Positions 33,289 to 46,269 are shown, counted from the first letter of the stretch. The stretch: DNA of 64,000 bases from an uncultured Verrucomicrobiae bacterium (GCA_963782115.1 CAWAIK010000001.1:448001-512000); one strand, 5' to 3'. The notes: generated from the sequence alone by a model not told the origin. Numbers and translations are program-made.

Positions 33289-33506
33289 AAGCAGTTGTCA
33301 GTGTCAGTGGGAGAAGGGAACAGCCCTGAAAGTGATGCCGGAATGAAGAGACTGATTCTCGGCCGCCAGGCATGTTAGCTGCAAGAACGGCCTTCTGCGC
33401 CTGATCGAATCTCAAACGCAAGCGGAATTGCTGTGTCAAAAAAAAGCTCTCCTGACCCTCTTCCGACTCCTGGCTCCTTCTTGATTTTTGTCTTCTGTCT
33501 CCTGGC

Positions 33507-34595
33507 TCAGGCTCCCACCGTTTCAGTCCGTGGATAGCTTCCAAGCACCTTGACGAAAGTGCAGTGTTTTTCTAACTCACTGATGGCGCTTTTGACCTGT
33601 TCGTCATCACAGTGGCCTTCGATATCGACAAAGAAAAAGTATTCCCAGTTCTTACGCTTGGAGGGCCGGCTCTCGATCTTGCTCATGCTGAGCTTAAGCC
33701 GATTGAATGGCTCGATTGCCGAATAGAGAGCACCAACCCGGTCCTGAACGCAGAACATCAGGGATGTTTTATCTGTGCCGGTTGGAGGGCAGGTGGCGTG
33801 CGAGATCACCAGAAACCGCGTGGTATTATTCGGACTGTCCTGGATCGATCGTTCCAGGATCTCCAATCCGTACACCTCTGCGGCCATCGCGCCGGCTAGC
33901 GCCGCAGCGCCCGGTTCTCGGGAAGCTTGTTCTGCTGCTTTTGTTGTACTCGAGACTTCGATCCATTCCAGTTCGTTCGCATTTGCTTTGAGCCATTTCC
34001 GGCATTGGCCGAACACCTGGGGATGAGAATAGATCTTTGTGATTTTTTCTTTCGGTTCATTCGATAGAAGATTGTTTTCGATCCGAAGCAGAGTCTGCGC
34101 ACAGATCTTCAGCTCGGAATCCATGAAGAGGTCGAGGGTATGGTTTACCGCCCCTTCTACCGAATTCTCGATCGGCACGACACCATAATCGGCTCGCCGT
34201 CGCGTAACCTGATCGAAGACGTCACCGATGTTGGCCTGCGCGGAATAATCGACTGATGCTCCGAATTTGGCGCGCGCGGCCTGATGTGACCACGTTGCTT
34301 GCGGACCCAGATAGGCTATGGTTAATCCTTTCTCCAACGCCAATGCCGCCGACATGATCTCTCGATAAATGGCACGAACCGCTGTTGCCGGAAGCCGCCC
34401 TTTGTTCTTTCTCTCGAGCCCTTGAAGCAGAGCCTCTTCGCGTTCAGGAGCGTAGATGGTAAGGCCGGCCTGTTTCTTAACGACACCCACTTCATGGACG
34501 AGATCCGCGCGCTGGTTCAATAGTTCCAGCAGTTTGGTGTCAACCTCGTCAATTCGCTTTCGAATCAGTTCCAGTGACAATTTCGACTTCTCCAT
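33507..34595 (-). CDS. pheA: Chorismate mutase/prephenate dehydratase
   Basis: [43 protein letters not shown] and IESRPS motifs. Confidence 0.95.
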   Translation of the reverse strand: MEKSKLSLELIRKRIDEVDTKLLELLNQRADLVHEVGVVKKQAGLTIYAPEREEALLQGLERKNKGRLPATAVRAIYREIMSAALALEKGLTIAYLGPQATWSHQAARAKFGASVDYSAQANIGDVFDQVTRRRADYGVVPIENSVEGAVNHTLDLFMDSELKICAQTLLRIENNLLSNEPKEKITKIYSHPQVFGQCRKWLKANANELEWIEVSSTTKAAEQASREPGAAALAGAMAAEVYGLEILERSIQDSPNNTTRFLVISHATCPPTGTDKTSLMFCVQDRVGALYSAIEPFNRLKLSMSKIESRPSKRKNWEYFFFVDIEGHCDDEQVKSAISELEKHCTFVKVLGSYPRTETVGA

Positions 34596-35251
34596 TCTCA
34601 ATGTTCTCCGGTTTGGAGTCCGACGGCTTGCTCGTTTCGATGCTGATTGCGGGGTTGCGTTCCGCCGGCGCCACGGCTTTCGGCAACGAGACCTCTCTGA
34701 GTTCGGATGCGTTGGGTAGTTCATCCAAATTCTTGAGCCCGAAATGCTCCATAAAATGCTGGGTTGTGACGTACAATAACGGGCGGCCAGGAATTTCCGC
34801 ACGTCCGGTGATTTTCACTAAACCGGCATCGAGCAACTTCTGCATCACGCCGTCCACCGTTACTCCGCGAATTGCCTCGACATCGGCTTTGGTGATCGGT
34901 TGGCGGTAAGCGATAATTGCCAATGTTTCGAGCGCCGGTGCGCTCAGCCGGGTGGGTCGCATCTCCGGAAAAAGCTGTCGAACCCAGATCTGGTATTCGA
35001 TTCGGCTGACCATGACCCAGCCGGAGACCTGTTCAGCTAAGTGGAACGCACGGCCCAGTTCCAAATATTCGTTCTGCAAAGCGTGTAAGGATTCGATGAT
35101 CTCCGCTTCGTTGACTTTAGCCAGCACCGCTTCCGGTCCTTCTTCGAAGTATTCCGCAGCTGACTGCCAGGGCCGCCGCGATTTCCTTCAGCGAAAGCGG
35201 CTTTTGCGATGCGAAAAGCAGGGCTTCAACGACTGCTTTTAGGGTAACCAT
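34549..35251 (-). CDS. scpB: SMC-Scp complex subunit ScpB (frameshift near 35160)
   Basis: [47 protein letters not shown]. Confidence 0.93.
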
Positions 35252-35352
35252 GGTTCGAATCCCGACATTAGTGCAGTTTTGAAATCTGTGCGATTTGCGG
35301 TCTCCATTCTCATTCCCGGTCTTTAGGCTAAGCTGGCGAAGTGGGCTTTTTC

Positions 35353-36086
35353 TCAATCCAACACGCCGCTGATTTCGATTTCCGCGAATAGGCCCGTCCT
35401 GAAAGACTCGGATCTGCCTCATACGGATGAGTTCCAGTAATGCCAGAAATGTCACCGCAATCTCGGTCCGACTCGCAGCCGTCGCGAAAAGATCGAAAAA
35501 AGCGACCGATTTTTTGCCCGGAACAGTGCGCATGATAAAGTCAATTTTGTCCGAGACCGTGAAGCTTTCCTCAAAAATCTCACGAAGATCTTCGCGCTTC
35601 AGCTCGATTTTCTTAAGCACCTTCTGGAATGCGTTGATCAAATCGAAGATGCCGACTTCGGATTTGAGCAAGCGTGCCGGAATCCTCGAATTCAGGTTTC
35701 TCCGGCATCCGAACGATTAACCCTTCCTGCAGCAATTCCCTGTGGTGAAGCTGAAATGCGGCGTCCTTGAACTTCTTATACTCGATCAGCTGCCGGATCA
35801 GATCCCAGCGCGGATCCTCTTCCTCGGCCTCTTCATCCGGAGGCTGTTGATGGACAGGCAGGAGATTGCGGCTCTTGATGTAGATCAGGTTCGCAGCCAT
35901 CACGACAAACTCTCCGGCGATCTCAAGGTCCAGCATCCGAAATGTTTCCAGATACTCGAGGTATTGGCCGGTGATTCGTTCGATCGAAACATCGTAGATA
36001 TCGACCTCATCCTTCCTGATCAGATAGAGCAGCAGGTCGAGTGGACCCTCGAAAACTTCCAGCTTCACTTTGTAATCGGTGTCCAT
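35353..36086 (-). CDS. scpA: Segregation and condensation protein ScpA (frameshifted)
   Basis: FEGPLDLLLYLI, IKSRNLLP and TFLALLELI motifs. Confidence 0.93.
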
Positions 36087-36163
36087 CAATCGGAAAATCG
36101 CAACGTAAGCCAATCCTCCTTGATCTAGGCTGATGTTCGCGACGTGTAATCCTGGGAATATGC

Positions 36164-36898
36164 TCAGCTCTTTAAGCGTTCCAACATCAGACGAACAGCA
36201 TTTTCAAGACCAATTGAAATTGCGCGTGAGACAATCGAATGACCAATATTGAATTCGTTCCAGTGCGGGTTTGATATTAACAAGCGAACGTTCGAATAGT
36301 TTATCCCGTGTCCGGCGTTCACCAGAAGCCCTTTTTCCTTGGCCAATCGAGCCGCCGCGTCGAGTCGATCCACTTCATCCTGCTGTAATGCAGCCGGCAG
36401 GTTGGCGAATACGCCCGTATGCAATTCCACCGCGTCCGCTCCCAGTTCGCTCGACGCTTGAATCTGAGCAGCATCCGGTTCGATAAACATGCTGACGCGG
36501 ATTCCGGCGGTGTGAAGACGTTGAATCGTCTGTTTGAGCGCTTTGAAATGTCTGGTCACATTCAGCCCTCCTTCGGTCGTTATTTCCTGGCGATTCTCCG
36601 GAACCAAACAGACCTCGTCGGGCAGGACCCTAAGAGCAGTCTCCACAATCTCCGGCGTATTTCCCATCTCGAGGTTCAGCTTTGTCATGATGCTGTCTCT
36701 TAAACGAAACACATCTCGATCTTGGATATGCCTCCGGTCGGCTCGCAAGTGCACGGTGATGCCGCTGGCCCCCGCTCGTTCACAGGCAGATGCGGCCGCG
36801 AGTATATCCGGCTCGCAGTTGGGAGAATCTATCATGTCGGCGTAGCGAGCCTGCCGAAGCGTCGCGATATGATCGATGTTTACTCCTAATTTGATCAT
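36164..36898 (-). CDS. pdxJ: Pyridoxine 5'-phosphate synthase
   Basis: LGVNIDHIATLRQAR, HLRADRRHIQ, TTEGGL and VNAGHG motifs. Confidence 0.96.
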   Translation of the reverse strand: MIKLGVNIDHIATLRQARYADMIDSPNCEPDILAAASACERAGASGITVHLRADRRHIQDRDVFRLRDSIMTKLNLEMGNTPEIVETALRVLPDEVCLVPENRQEITTEGGLNVTRHFKALKQTIQRLHTAGIRVSMFIEPDAAQIQASSELGADAVELHTGVFANLPAALQQDEVDRLDAAARLAKEKGLLVNAGHGINYSNVRLLISNPHWNEFNIGHSIVSRAISIGLENAVRLMLERLKS

Positions 36899-36991
36899 GG
36901 ATTGTTAGACTCCGGAACACGCGTCGAACGCGCAAAAAAAAGTCGGTTGAAAGAACCAGCTGAGGGCGCCCAGACTTCTCACCCCTTTTCC

Positions 36992-38525
36992 TCAATGCCT
37001 GAAATGGCGCACTCCCGTGAAAACCATCGCCATCTGGCGTTCATTTGCTGCGGCAATAACCTCCTGGTCGCGGATGGAGCCGCCTGGCTGGATGGCGGCC
37101 GTCGCGCCGGCTTCCGATGCCGCAATTAAACCATCAGCGAAAGGGAAAAATGCGTCGCTGCAAACGGCGCTTCCTTTCAGCGAGAGCCCCGCCTCGTTGC
37201 GCCTTCCAGATCGCGATTCGTGAAGAATCAACTCGCGCCATCTGACCCGCCCCAATCCCGAGTGTTCGATCCCGGGACGCGTAAACGATGGCGTTCGATT
37301 TAACATGCTTTACAACGCGCCAGCCAAAGAGCATCGCCTTCATCTCTTCCGCAGTTGGTGGTCTGGCCGAGACAACATGTCGTTCAGGCTCTTTCAACTC
37401 GCTATCGTCCCTTTCCTGCACGAGCAGCCCGCCGATTACCGATCGCACGTCCGGCTCCTCCATTTTGTTCGTCCGGCCCGGCAAGCATCTTCATCAGCCG
37501 AAGATTTTTCTTCTTTTGCAGCAAGGCCCTGGCGTCCGGCTCGAATTCCGGTGCAATGATGACTTCACTGAAAATCTCTGAAATCGCGCGAGCCAGCGAT
37601 TCCGTGAGAGGACGATTGCAAACGATGATGCCGCCAAAGGGTGCCTGCTTATCCGTGGCGAATGCCTTGATCCAGGCTTCGCGAAGATCTGGGTCCGAAC
37701 CGACTCCACAAGGGTTTGTGTGCTTCAGAATCGCTACGGTCGGTTCGGAGAATTCCCGGATAAGCCGCTGCCGCGGCGTCGATGTCGAGGATGTTGTTAT
37801 AAGAAAGCTCCTTGCCATGCAGCTTCTGAAAATAATCTTGAAAATGGCCGTACAAGCTTGCCGACTGGTGCGGGTTCTCTCCGTAACGGAGGCGCATTTC
37901 CAGAGGTAGAGAGAGAGTAAAAGGTCCGCTACTGCTTTGTTCGCGACGCAGAAAATCGGCAATCGCCTGATCGTATCTGGCAGTCGTAAGAAAAGCTTTG
38001 ATCGCCAGTTGTTCCCGGACCGCCAGTGTCGTCTCGCCTCGATGCTGTTCGATTTCCTCCAATACCGCTTGCGTAGTCGGACGGGTCGGTAACGACCGTG
38101 ACAGATCGATAATTTTTGGCTGCGCTCCGCAGCATGGAAGGCCCTCCGATATCGATCTGTTCGATCGCCTCTTCGATGGTCACGTCCGGCCGAGCGATCG
38201 TGCTTTCAAACGGGTAAAGATTAACCACGACAAGATCGATCGGCTCAATCTGATTTTCTGCCGCCTGTCGCTGGTGATCCGGATTGTCTCGCAGGTAGAG
38301 CAAGCCGCCGTGCACTTTCGGGTGAAGGGTTTTCACTCGTCCGTTCAGGATCTCAGGGAACCCCGTGAATTTTTCGATTTCGAGATGCGGGATCGACTCC
38401 TTCCTGAGGAGCGTTGCGGTGCCGCCGGTCGAAACGATCTCAATACCCATCTCGCTGAGCCGACGAGCGAACGGTACAATGCCCGTCTTATCCGAAACAG
38501 AAATGAGAGCGCGGTTGATCTTCAT
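36992..38525 (-). CDS. purH: Bifunctional AICAR transformylase/IMP cyclohydrolase (frameshifted)
   Basis: [50 protein letters not shown] and GVRHFRH motifs. Confidence 0.96.
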
Positions 38526-38633
38526 GAAAGCCAAAAGAATAACAGGTTCTCATTGCTCGTCTATCGTTTGGCGTTGCTCACCCCTTGTTTCCGGACGCAA
38601 GTGCCAATTTTTTTGAAAATTCTCTTGCACTAT

Positions 38634-38648
38634 ACTAACCAGTCAACT
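38634..38648. promoter_or_regulatory. Putative TetR operator
   Basis: ACTAACCAGTCAACT immediately upstream of the TetR gene; near-identical copy at 39307-39321. Confidence 0.6.
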
Positions 38649-38659
38649 AAGCTGCCCAC

Positions 38660-39275
38660 GTGAAGCGCGAGAGTGATACCAAACAAAAACTCCTCAATAC
38701 CGCTGTCACTCTCATCTGGGAGAGTAGTTACGGTTCAATCAGCGTCGATGACATCTGCAACCGTGCCGGCGTCAACAAAGGAAGTTTCTATTACGCCTTC
38801 AAGTCGAAGTCCGATCTCGCCGCCGCCGCCTTTGAAGATCATTGGAATAAAAAGCGCGGCCTGATGGACGAGATTTTTTCTTCGCAGGTGCCTCCGCTCG
38901 AGCGTCTCGAAAAGTACTGTGATCGATCGTTCAGGACCAATTGGAAAAGTACGAGAAGGTAGGTAAGGTCTGCGGTTGCCCGTTCGCTTCCATTGGCTCC
39001 GAGTTGAGCACCCAGGACGAACAAATCCGAAAAAAGGCTCACGAACTTTCCGAACGGACCATGAAGTATTTGGCCTGCACGCTGCGTGACGCTGCTGCCG
39101 AAGGCATTTTGGAGACCAAGGATCCCGTTGAACTTGCGCGCCAGATTTTCTGTTACGCGGGCGGGTTGATCATGCAGGCCAAAATCGAGAACAATCCGGA
39201 CGTCTTGAAATGCCTTGAAGAAAGGCGTTTTCCGGCTTGTGGGCGCGAGCCGGCTCGGGTCGGTCGTCTGAGACG
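38660..39275 (+). CDS. TetR/AcrR family regulator (NemR-like), frameshifted
   Basis: ISVDDICNRAGVNKGSFYYAFKSKSDL HTH; C-terminal GCPFASIGSEL. Confidence 0.88.
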
Positions 39276-39306
39276 AATCCGGAAAATTTTTTTGCACCAG
39301 AACTTA

Positions 39307-39321
39307 ACTAACCGGTCAGAT
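39307..39321. promoter_or_regulatory. Putative TetR operator (second copy)
   Basis: ACTAACCGGTCAGAT, preceded by TTGCAC as in the first copy. Confidence 0.6.
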
Positions 39322-39677
39322 AAATTAATACCTATCTATGAATACCAAGAGGGTTTCTCTAAATAGTGAGTTCGAATTCGGTTCGGTACGAATGTTCCGT
39401 TGCAGCTCTCTCTGAACGACTGCTCGAACGTACATTGACGTTTGAGGAAATCGCCGAACTATCCGAAAAGTGCGGCCTCTGGGAGATCGAAAGAGGCACG
39501 AAAAAAACTGTCAATCGTCCCCTTACTTTCCTGGTCCCGGCTGTCCAGCTTGTGGCTTCAGTTTCGCGAATTGTGGAGTAGTCGTCGCGCGGGAGGCTCC
39601 GCATGCAGGTCCAAAGAAAACTCGAATCGACGACGCGTCCGAGACAATCTGGAAGGCGGTACAGGTGTGGGGCTCTG

Positions 39678-40396
39678 CTACTTTCGGAAAGTGAGTACTT
39701 CAGCCTCGCCGCTAGCGTGCCCGACGACGGCCTCGGTCGCTATCCCGATAAAAAGCCCATGTTCGACGACCCCGGGGATTTGGTTCAATTTTTCCCCAAG
39801 ACTTTCGGGGTCCGGGATATTCTCCAGATGACAATCCAGAAGGTAGTGGCCGCTGTCTGTCATGAGCGGCTTTTCCAAGCCGCCGCGAATATCGATCTTG
39901 GCGTCTCCTAGGCCGCATCCTCGAACAGTTTTCGCAGATGCCGCTCGGTGCTTCGCCAGGCAAATGGGATCACTTCGACAGGAAGCGGGAATCGGCCAAG
40001 GCGCTCGACCAATTTCGACTCGTCCACGATGCAAACCATCTTGTTTGAAGCGCAGGCAACAATTTTTTCCCAGAGCAGGTTTGCGCCGCCTCCTTTAATC
40101 ATTCGACCTTTGCCGTCGATCTCATCAGCGCCGTCGATCGTCAGGTCCAGTTGACTAACATCATTCAAATCTGCCAGCGACACGCCAACCTCCTTAGCAA
40201 GCTGCCCGGTCGATTTTGAGCTCGGCACTCCAGTGACACGGAGGCCCTTCGCTACGCGTTCGCCAAGGATGCGAACAAACCATCGAGACGTCGTTCCTGA
40301 TCCAAGCCCGATCGTCATTCCATCTTTGAGGAATGTCTCGATCGCTTGGGCGGCTGCGGCCCTTTTTGCCTCGTCCTGTGCGGAGGTCGGTTGCAT
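39678..40396 (-). CDS. rpiA: Ribose-5-phosphate isomerase A (frameshifted)
   Basis: GLGSGTT, IDGADEID, IKGGGANLLWEK, PLPVEV and IPGVVEHGLF motifs. Confidence 0.95.
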
Positions 40397-40529
40397 ATGA
40401 TGTTCTAGAGGTGTTCTTTTTGAGCGGATTTTTGCCGCGCAGTATACTACGACGTTCGATTCAAAGCGAATCGCGACTACTGTGCGCAACCGAGGAAATG
40501 AGAAGTTGAACAGGTTCGTCGCCCGAACC

Positions 40530-42400
40530 GCCTGAGCCACAGCGCTGCGCCGTCTGAGAAGCCGCTTTTCGTTTATGATGCGGACTGTGACTTTTGCATC
40601 CGCTGGGTCCGGCGATGGCAGGAGACCACGCGCGAAAAGGTTGATTTCGCCTCCTTCCAATCTGTCGGAGAGCGTTTTGCTCAAGACATACCGATCGAAA
40701 GTTTTAGCTCGGCCGTCCACCTCATCGAGACCGATGGAGCCGTCTATGGCGGCGCGGAAGCGGTGTTTCGGATGCTCAGCTACGGATCCCGGTATCGGGA
40801 GCGGGTTCGGTCTCTGGTGTTACCGCCAGGTTCCCGGCTTTGCAGCTGCGACTCGGTATGGGTATCGGTTTGTTGCCGGTCACCGCTCGCTCGCTTCTGC
40901 TCTCACCAAGGCGCTCTGGGGAAAGAGGCGAGGATGCTGTTTGCCGCCCTACCTACTACAATGCGCGTACCTGGTTTCTTCGGCTGCTCGGATTGGTTTA
41001 CTTAATCGCATTTTGGTCCTTCTGGAGCCAGGTCGACGGATTGATCGGTCACGACGGAATTCTGCCGGTGGCGCCTTGGCTGGACGAACTGCGGAATCGG
41101 TTCGGGACGGAAGCGTACCGATTATTCCCGACGCTCTGTTGGTTCAATCCCGGCGATTCGTTCCTGCATTTAGTGTGTGCAGCCGGAGTCGTACTGAGTC
41201 TTCTGCTTATTCTGCAGATCGCGCCACTTTTCTGTCTGATTCTGTTGTGGGGCCTTTATCTTTCGCTCAGCGTGGCGGGGCAGGTCTTTATGAACTTTCA
41301 ATGGGACTACCTGCTTCTGGAAGTCGGTTTTCTCAGCATCTTCCTGGCGCCATTCCGACTCTTTCCATCGCGACGCTATCAAAGTCCCATCTCCCCCTGG
41401 GCGCATTTTCTCCTCCGCTGGCTCCTGTTCCGACTCATGTTCATGTCGGGGGTGGTGAAGCTGACCAGTGGAGACGATTCCTGGTGGAACCTAACCGCGC
41501 TCCAGTTATCATTACGAGACTCAACCACTGCCAACGCCGCTCTCTTGGTGGGCAAATCAATTTCCTCCCTGGTTTCAGGCGTTCTCAACGATCGTGATGT
41601 TCGGCATCGAGTTAGGAGCGCCATTCCTGCTGTTTGCCCCGCGACGAGTGCGGTTGATCGGAGTTCTCGGTCTATTGACGCTGCAGACTTTGATTGCGCT
41701 GACGGGCAACTATTGCTTTTTCAATCTTTTGACAGTGGCGCTCTGTCTGCTGGCGGTGGACGATGCGGTCTGGCCGCGCATCGGCCGGAAAGCGCAGCAG
41801 AGTCCGGAAGTGCGCGGCGTCGCCTGGCCTTCCTGGATCCTGGTCCCGGTGGTTGATTATTGTCTTGGCTTTGAGCGGGCCCTTGCTCTGGAACGCCATA
41901 TTTCCCGAGGCTGAATGGTCGCCAGTTCTTCAGCGTTCCGTACGCCTTTCTCGAGCCGTTCCGTTCGCTCAACGGCTACGGTTTATTTAGAGTCATGACC
42001 AAAGACTCGTCCCGAAATCATCGTCGAGGGAAGCCGGGATGGCGTAACTTGGCAAGCGTACGAATTCAAATACAAAGTGGGCGACCTGCAGCGTGCGCCG
42101 CCCATCGTCGCCCCTCATCAACCGAGGCTGGACTGGCAAATGTGGTTTGCCGCCTTGGATGACATCCAGGGAGAGCCATGGTTCATGAATTTTCTGGCCC
42201 GGTTGCTCCAGGGTTCTCCGTCCGTTTTACGGTTGATGGAAACAAATCCATTTCCAGACTCCCCGCCGCGTTACATTCGGGCACGACTTTTTGAATACCA
42301 TTTCACGAATGCCCTGGAGAAAAGGCAGACAGGAGCTTGGTGGAAGCGAGAAGAGGAAGGGATCTATTGTCCCCCCGTCAGCCTTCGCGGCGAGGATTGA
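40530..42400 (+). CDS. DUF393 (DCC) domain fused to lipase maturation factor family protein (frameshifted; start uncertain)
   Basis: YDADCDFCIRW; FMNFQWDYLLLEVGF, FRLMFMSGVVKL, TGNYCFFN and PHQPRLDWQMWFAAL motifs. Confidence 0.9.
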
Positions 42401-43124
42401 ATGCACCGGTAAATACGGGTGCACAGCTCCCGATCTCTTCAATCCACCTCTGCCTCTGAGATCTTCTTCCGATTTAACCCCAGGATGATTGCGGGAGCCA
42501 CTAAGACTACGAAAGCCATGAACCATGAGTCCGCTCGCGGGATTGCCGGTTCTTTGCGCTATTTGAACTAGTAAACTAGTGGCGGGATCGTCGCTGCAAT
42601 CGCCCAGCGCACGCCACAGGAGCGAACATCTGTTCCGTCGTGACTATGCCTTGACCTGGGAGAGTCCATAGCGTTTTAGTGCTTCCGCCTACCAGGCTCA
42701 TTCAAATAATATCAATATCTACAATTATTTTAGTATATTGAATATTACAAAGGTAAACAATATTTACTATAAAGAATGGTTGTATCCTATATTCCATGGT
42801 GCGAAAAGTCTTGTCCTATGTCCTACAACAGACCAAAAGCAGTCTTTATCTGCAAAGAAATGGATGTATTGCGATGCAAGCAGACGCTGGGAATCTGGCG
42901 CCCAGCTTTCCCTGCAAAACGCAGAAGCCTTCAGATACCTTGCGACAAAATGAATCCCGGAGTCATTGCACAGGTATCAGGTTTTGCGACGAGATTGGTA
43001 ACAGCCGCCGGTCTTCCGGATACGGGGAACTTTCAAACAAGCTTATTGACCGAGTCGCGCCCGATCGGCTGTTCCGGCAGCAACCGGAAAAATCCTGATT
43101 TTAATGCCGTCCCTGATAGCTCCG

Positions 43125-44107
43125 AGTTGCATGTCATGGCGCACCGGCTCCAGGCGGCTCATCCGCAGTGACCGAGACACGATTTGGTAAGTTAACGGGC
43201 GGCGTTTTTGACTCTCTAACAGACGAATCAGGAAGCCTGCTTCACCAAGCCTGCATCGTTCCCAGTGTCCAGATGATTGTGCCGTTAGACGCCACAGTAG
43301 TTGCGCACCGCAAATCCAATCCATTGTTCGGCCTTGGCCTGATTGAAGCGATTCCCGATAACGAAATTATTGCGAACGTCCATAACCCGTCAGTCGATGG
43401 AATTACCGGTGTTCCGTCTATGGTTGTCGATGCCGCCAGTGGCGTTACCAGAGTAGGACGCTTTGGATGGAAAGCACAAGATGCTACGCTTCTGACCTTT
43501 TCGGCTGATGCTTATCTCAACGAGATGGGTGTCACCACACGAATTCCGGGGTTCACTGAGGACATTTCCCCGGATGGCAATCAAGCGGCGTTGCTCGCGG
43601 TCGAGCCGTCGCTCACCGGCTATGCCTTCAATCAGCTCCAGGACTTACCAAATGGCGGTCCTCCTCAGACCGATGGCTTCACCTCTGATATCGACGAGTT
43701 CGCTGATTTTATGCGGATGCGCCCTGACCCAAAGTGCTCAGCGAGGGCGGCAGATCTTTACGCAGATTAATTGTGTGGCCTGTCACAAGGCGCTAATGAC
43801 CACCGGTCCCAGCTCTATTCCGGCGCTGAATTTCAAACCAGTACCGCTCTACTCCGATCTCCTGCTTCATGATATGGGCAGTCTTGGGGATGGAATTGCG
43901 CAGGCAGCAGCAACTCTTACCCAGATGCGGACTCAGCCTCTCTGGGGCTTGAGAGCCAGAGCGCCCTACCTTCATGATGGCCGCGCCAGCACGATTTTTG
44001 AGGCTATTCAATTGCATGACGGTGAAGCGGCTACTGTCCGGGATCGTTTCCTCGCGCTTTCGCCACAGGAGCAACAAGAGTTGATTGATTTCCTTAAGTC
44101 GATCTGA
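43125..44107 (+). pseudogene. Di-heme oxidoreductase (DUF1111/DHOR) family remnant
   Basis: ..VACHG (first Cys missing), LFGLGLIEAI, VGRFGWKA, CVACH, YSDLLLHDMG, TQPLWG and YLHDGRA motifs; 5'-truncated with an internal break. Confidence 0.85.
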
Positions 44108-44180
44108 AGACTTGCGTGCATGTGTTTCTAAGACGCACACGATCGGGTTGAAGGGTTACCCGCCTCCGAAAAATTGACAG

Positions 44181-44565
44181 CTACCAAACGAACGGCAGCA
44201 AGCGATGCTTCACCTTATTTTGGTACTCGGAATATCCCGGCAGATTTTTCACCAAGAGGCTTTCCTCTTCGATAATTCTCCATATTCCCGCAGGCATGAA
44301 AAGAAGGACCCCGAACAATCCCCATAAGGAGCCGAGCGACAGAGGCGTTCCTAGAAACATGATAAGACCTCCCATATACATCGGGTGGCGCACGAGTGCG
44401 TACAGTCCTGTCGATATGACTTTCTGTTCGGGATAAACTTCGATCGTTGCCGAGGCAAAGGTGTTTTCTTTGCACACAAAAATATGATGAGGAACCCGGT
44501 CGCGATAAGGACATCTCCCGCCACCGCTACTGGGAGAGGCACTGTAGAGCATGCGAATCGATGAT
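44181..44565 (-). pseudogene. Isoprenylcysteine carboxyl methyltransferase family, 5'-truncated
   Basis: ENTFASATIEV, ISTGLYALVRHPMY and EEESLL..LPGYSEY motifs. Confidence 0.82.
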
Positions 44566-45099
44566 CAAGTGCGGGGGTAAGCCGCTGGCACCAATCTCGC
44601 AAAGTTGCCCCAAGCGGTGGAGGAGTTGCTCAAAATAAAGAACTCTCTGCAATGGAGGCACTTGCAAGAAGAAGGCGAGTTCATGGCGGGAACCACCACA
44701 CAGCCTCATCGCCACACCACACTCAAGCTCGCGCTAGCTCGCCATCCAGAACAAAAACCGCGGCCGAAGAAGAACTTTTTGTGTTGAAGATGGAGGAATA
44801 AAAAGCCGGATCCGGAAGAAGACCAGGTCGGTCTACCGATCCCAAAAGTCCTCGTTCAAACCTGTAGAATCAGACCAATTTCAGATCGGTCCCCGCATGA
44901 AGTGCTTAACTTTACCCTGCTCGCGATAGGAGGAGCGGAGGAGGCCGACCGGATTACCCCGGTGGCGCTGAATTTCGAGATGGAGGGGGAGAGGTTTGCG
45001 TTTAATGGCTACTAAATAAGCATAGACTCCAATATATATACCAAGTAATATCGATATAATGTATGGCTACAAATGAAAAATGAAATGACTGTGGATCGA

Positions 45100-45357
45100 G
45101 TGCTGAAGCGGTTCTCGCGTTAAATTCAAAAAGAAGACGCGTCTAAGGCGCTCACGTTTAACGCGGTATTGCTCTTCGACGATGTGGGTGAGCAAGCGTC
45201 CGTGAGAAAAGCGCTCTTGGCCAGCCAGCTTGAGATAATCGTCCCAATGAGTGAGCAGTTCCCCCAGGTGCAAGTACTTGAGCTTTGCAGCCAAGGCGGC
45301 TCTCGAGAGGCAGTGGTAAAAACTCTGACCCTCGGCTTTGGCTCGTGGGAAACGCAT
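45100..45357 (-). mobile_element. Chimeric transposase scar: RAYT-like (Y1) N-terminus joined to an IS21 IstB-like N-terminus
   Basis: MRFPRAKAEGQSFYHCLSR followed by LAAKLKYLHLGELLTHWDDYL..FSHGRLLTHIVEEQYRVKRE. Confidence 0.65.
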
Positions 45358-45467
45358 GCAACCCGGGTTTACACAACATGAAATAAAAGTGTAGTAGAAA
45401 ATTCGATATCAGCTCAATATTTGACCTGTCCCTGTGTCTGGACTCTTGCACGCGAGGGAGTGGTAAC

Positions 45468-45929
45468 CTAGAAAGGTATATCGTCGGGCTCGGCGTCAAG
45501 GTCCGGATCGCGCGGCTGGGGGCGGGGAGGCGGCGGAGCAGAGGCACTGGGACTGCGGCGAGGCGCGGAAGTGGATGAGGAACCTTCACTTTCCTGGCGG
45601 CTTCCCAGCAGTTGAAGATTTTCTGCGACTACGCGCAATCGGGAACGTTTCTGGCCGGTCTGCTTGTCGTCCCAGCTGTCCAATTGGAGACGACCTTCGA
45701 TAAAGACCGGGCGCCCTTTTTTCAGATATTGCCCGGCAATCTCGGCCTGACGCGCCCAAAGCGTCACGTCGACGAAGGTGGTCTCCTCTTTTTTTTCGCC
45801 ATCTTCCCCCGAGTAGATTCGGTTGACGGCGAGACCAATCTCCGTCACCGGGGTGCCCTTGGGCGTGTACCGCACCTCAGGATCGCGAGTCAGATTGCCG
45901 ATTAACAATACGCGGTTGAGATTTGCCAT
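45468..45929 (-). CDS. ssb: Single-stranded DNA-binding protein
   Basis: NRVLLIGNLTRDPEVRYTP, EGRLQ and C-terminal DDIPF. Confidence 0.97.
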   Translation of the reverse strand: MANLNRVLLIGNLTRDPEVRYTPKGTPVTEIGLAVNRIYSGEDGEKKEETTFVDVTLWARQAEIAGQYLKKGRPVFIEGRLQLDSWDDKQTGQKRSRLRVVAENLQLLGSRQESEGSSSTSAPRRSPSASAPPPPRPQPRDPDLDAEPDDIPF

Positions 45930-45938
45930 AAGCAAAGT

Positions 45939-46256
45939 CTAGGTTTTGGAAGTTCGCACCGGCACCCTAAGCGGTAACCGCTGGTAATGCTGCAGAAAAA
46001 TGATCGGGTCGAGCTTAAACTTGCTGCGCAGTTTCGTAATCAAGGACGGATCCGCTTCGAAAATGAAATTGACGTAATAAGCGGAGTCGAGGTGACGCGG
46101 ACTGTACGCGAGTGGACGCTTATCCATTTTCTGGACTTGCTCGACCGTCGCGCCCTCTTTCGTAAAATCCGATTCCAGACGTTCAATGATCTCTTTCACG
46201 CTGTCTTCCTGGCCACGAGTATCAACGGCCAGCAAGCATTCATAACGATGTTTCAT
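45939..46256 (-). CDS. rpsF: 30S ribosomal protein S6
   Basis: RYECLL..KRPLAY..AYYVNFIF; located upstream of ssb. Confidence 0.9.
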   Translation of the reverse strand: MKHRYECLLAVDTRGQEDSVKEIIERLESDFTKEGATVEQVQKMDKRPLAYSPRHLDSAYYVNFIFEADPSLITKLRSKFKLDPIIFLQHYQRLPLRVPVRTSKT

Positions 46257-46269
46257 AATGTGTCAATTA

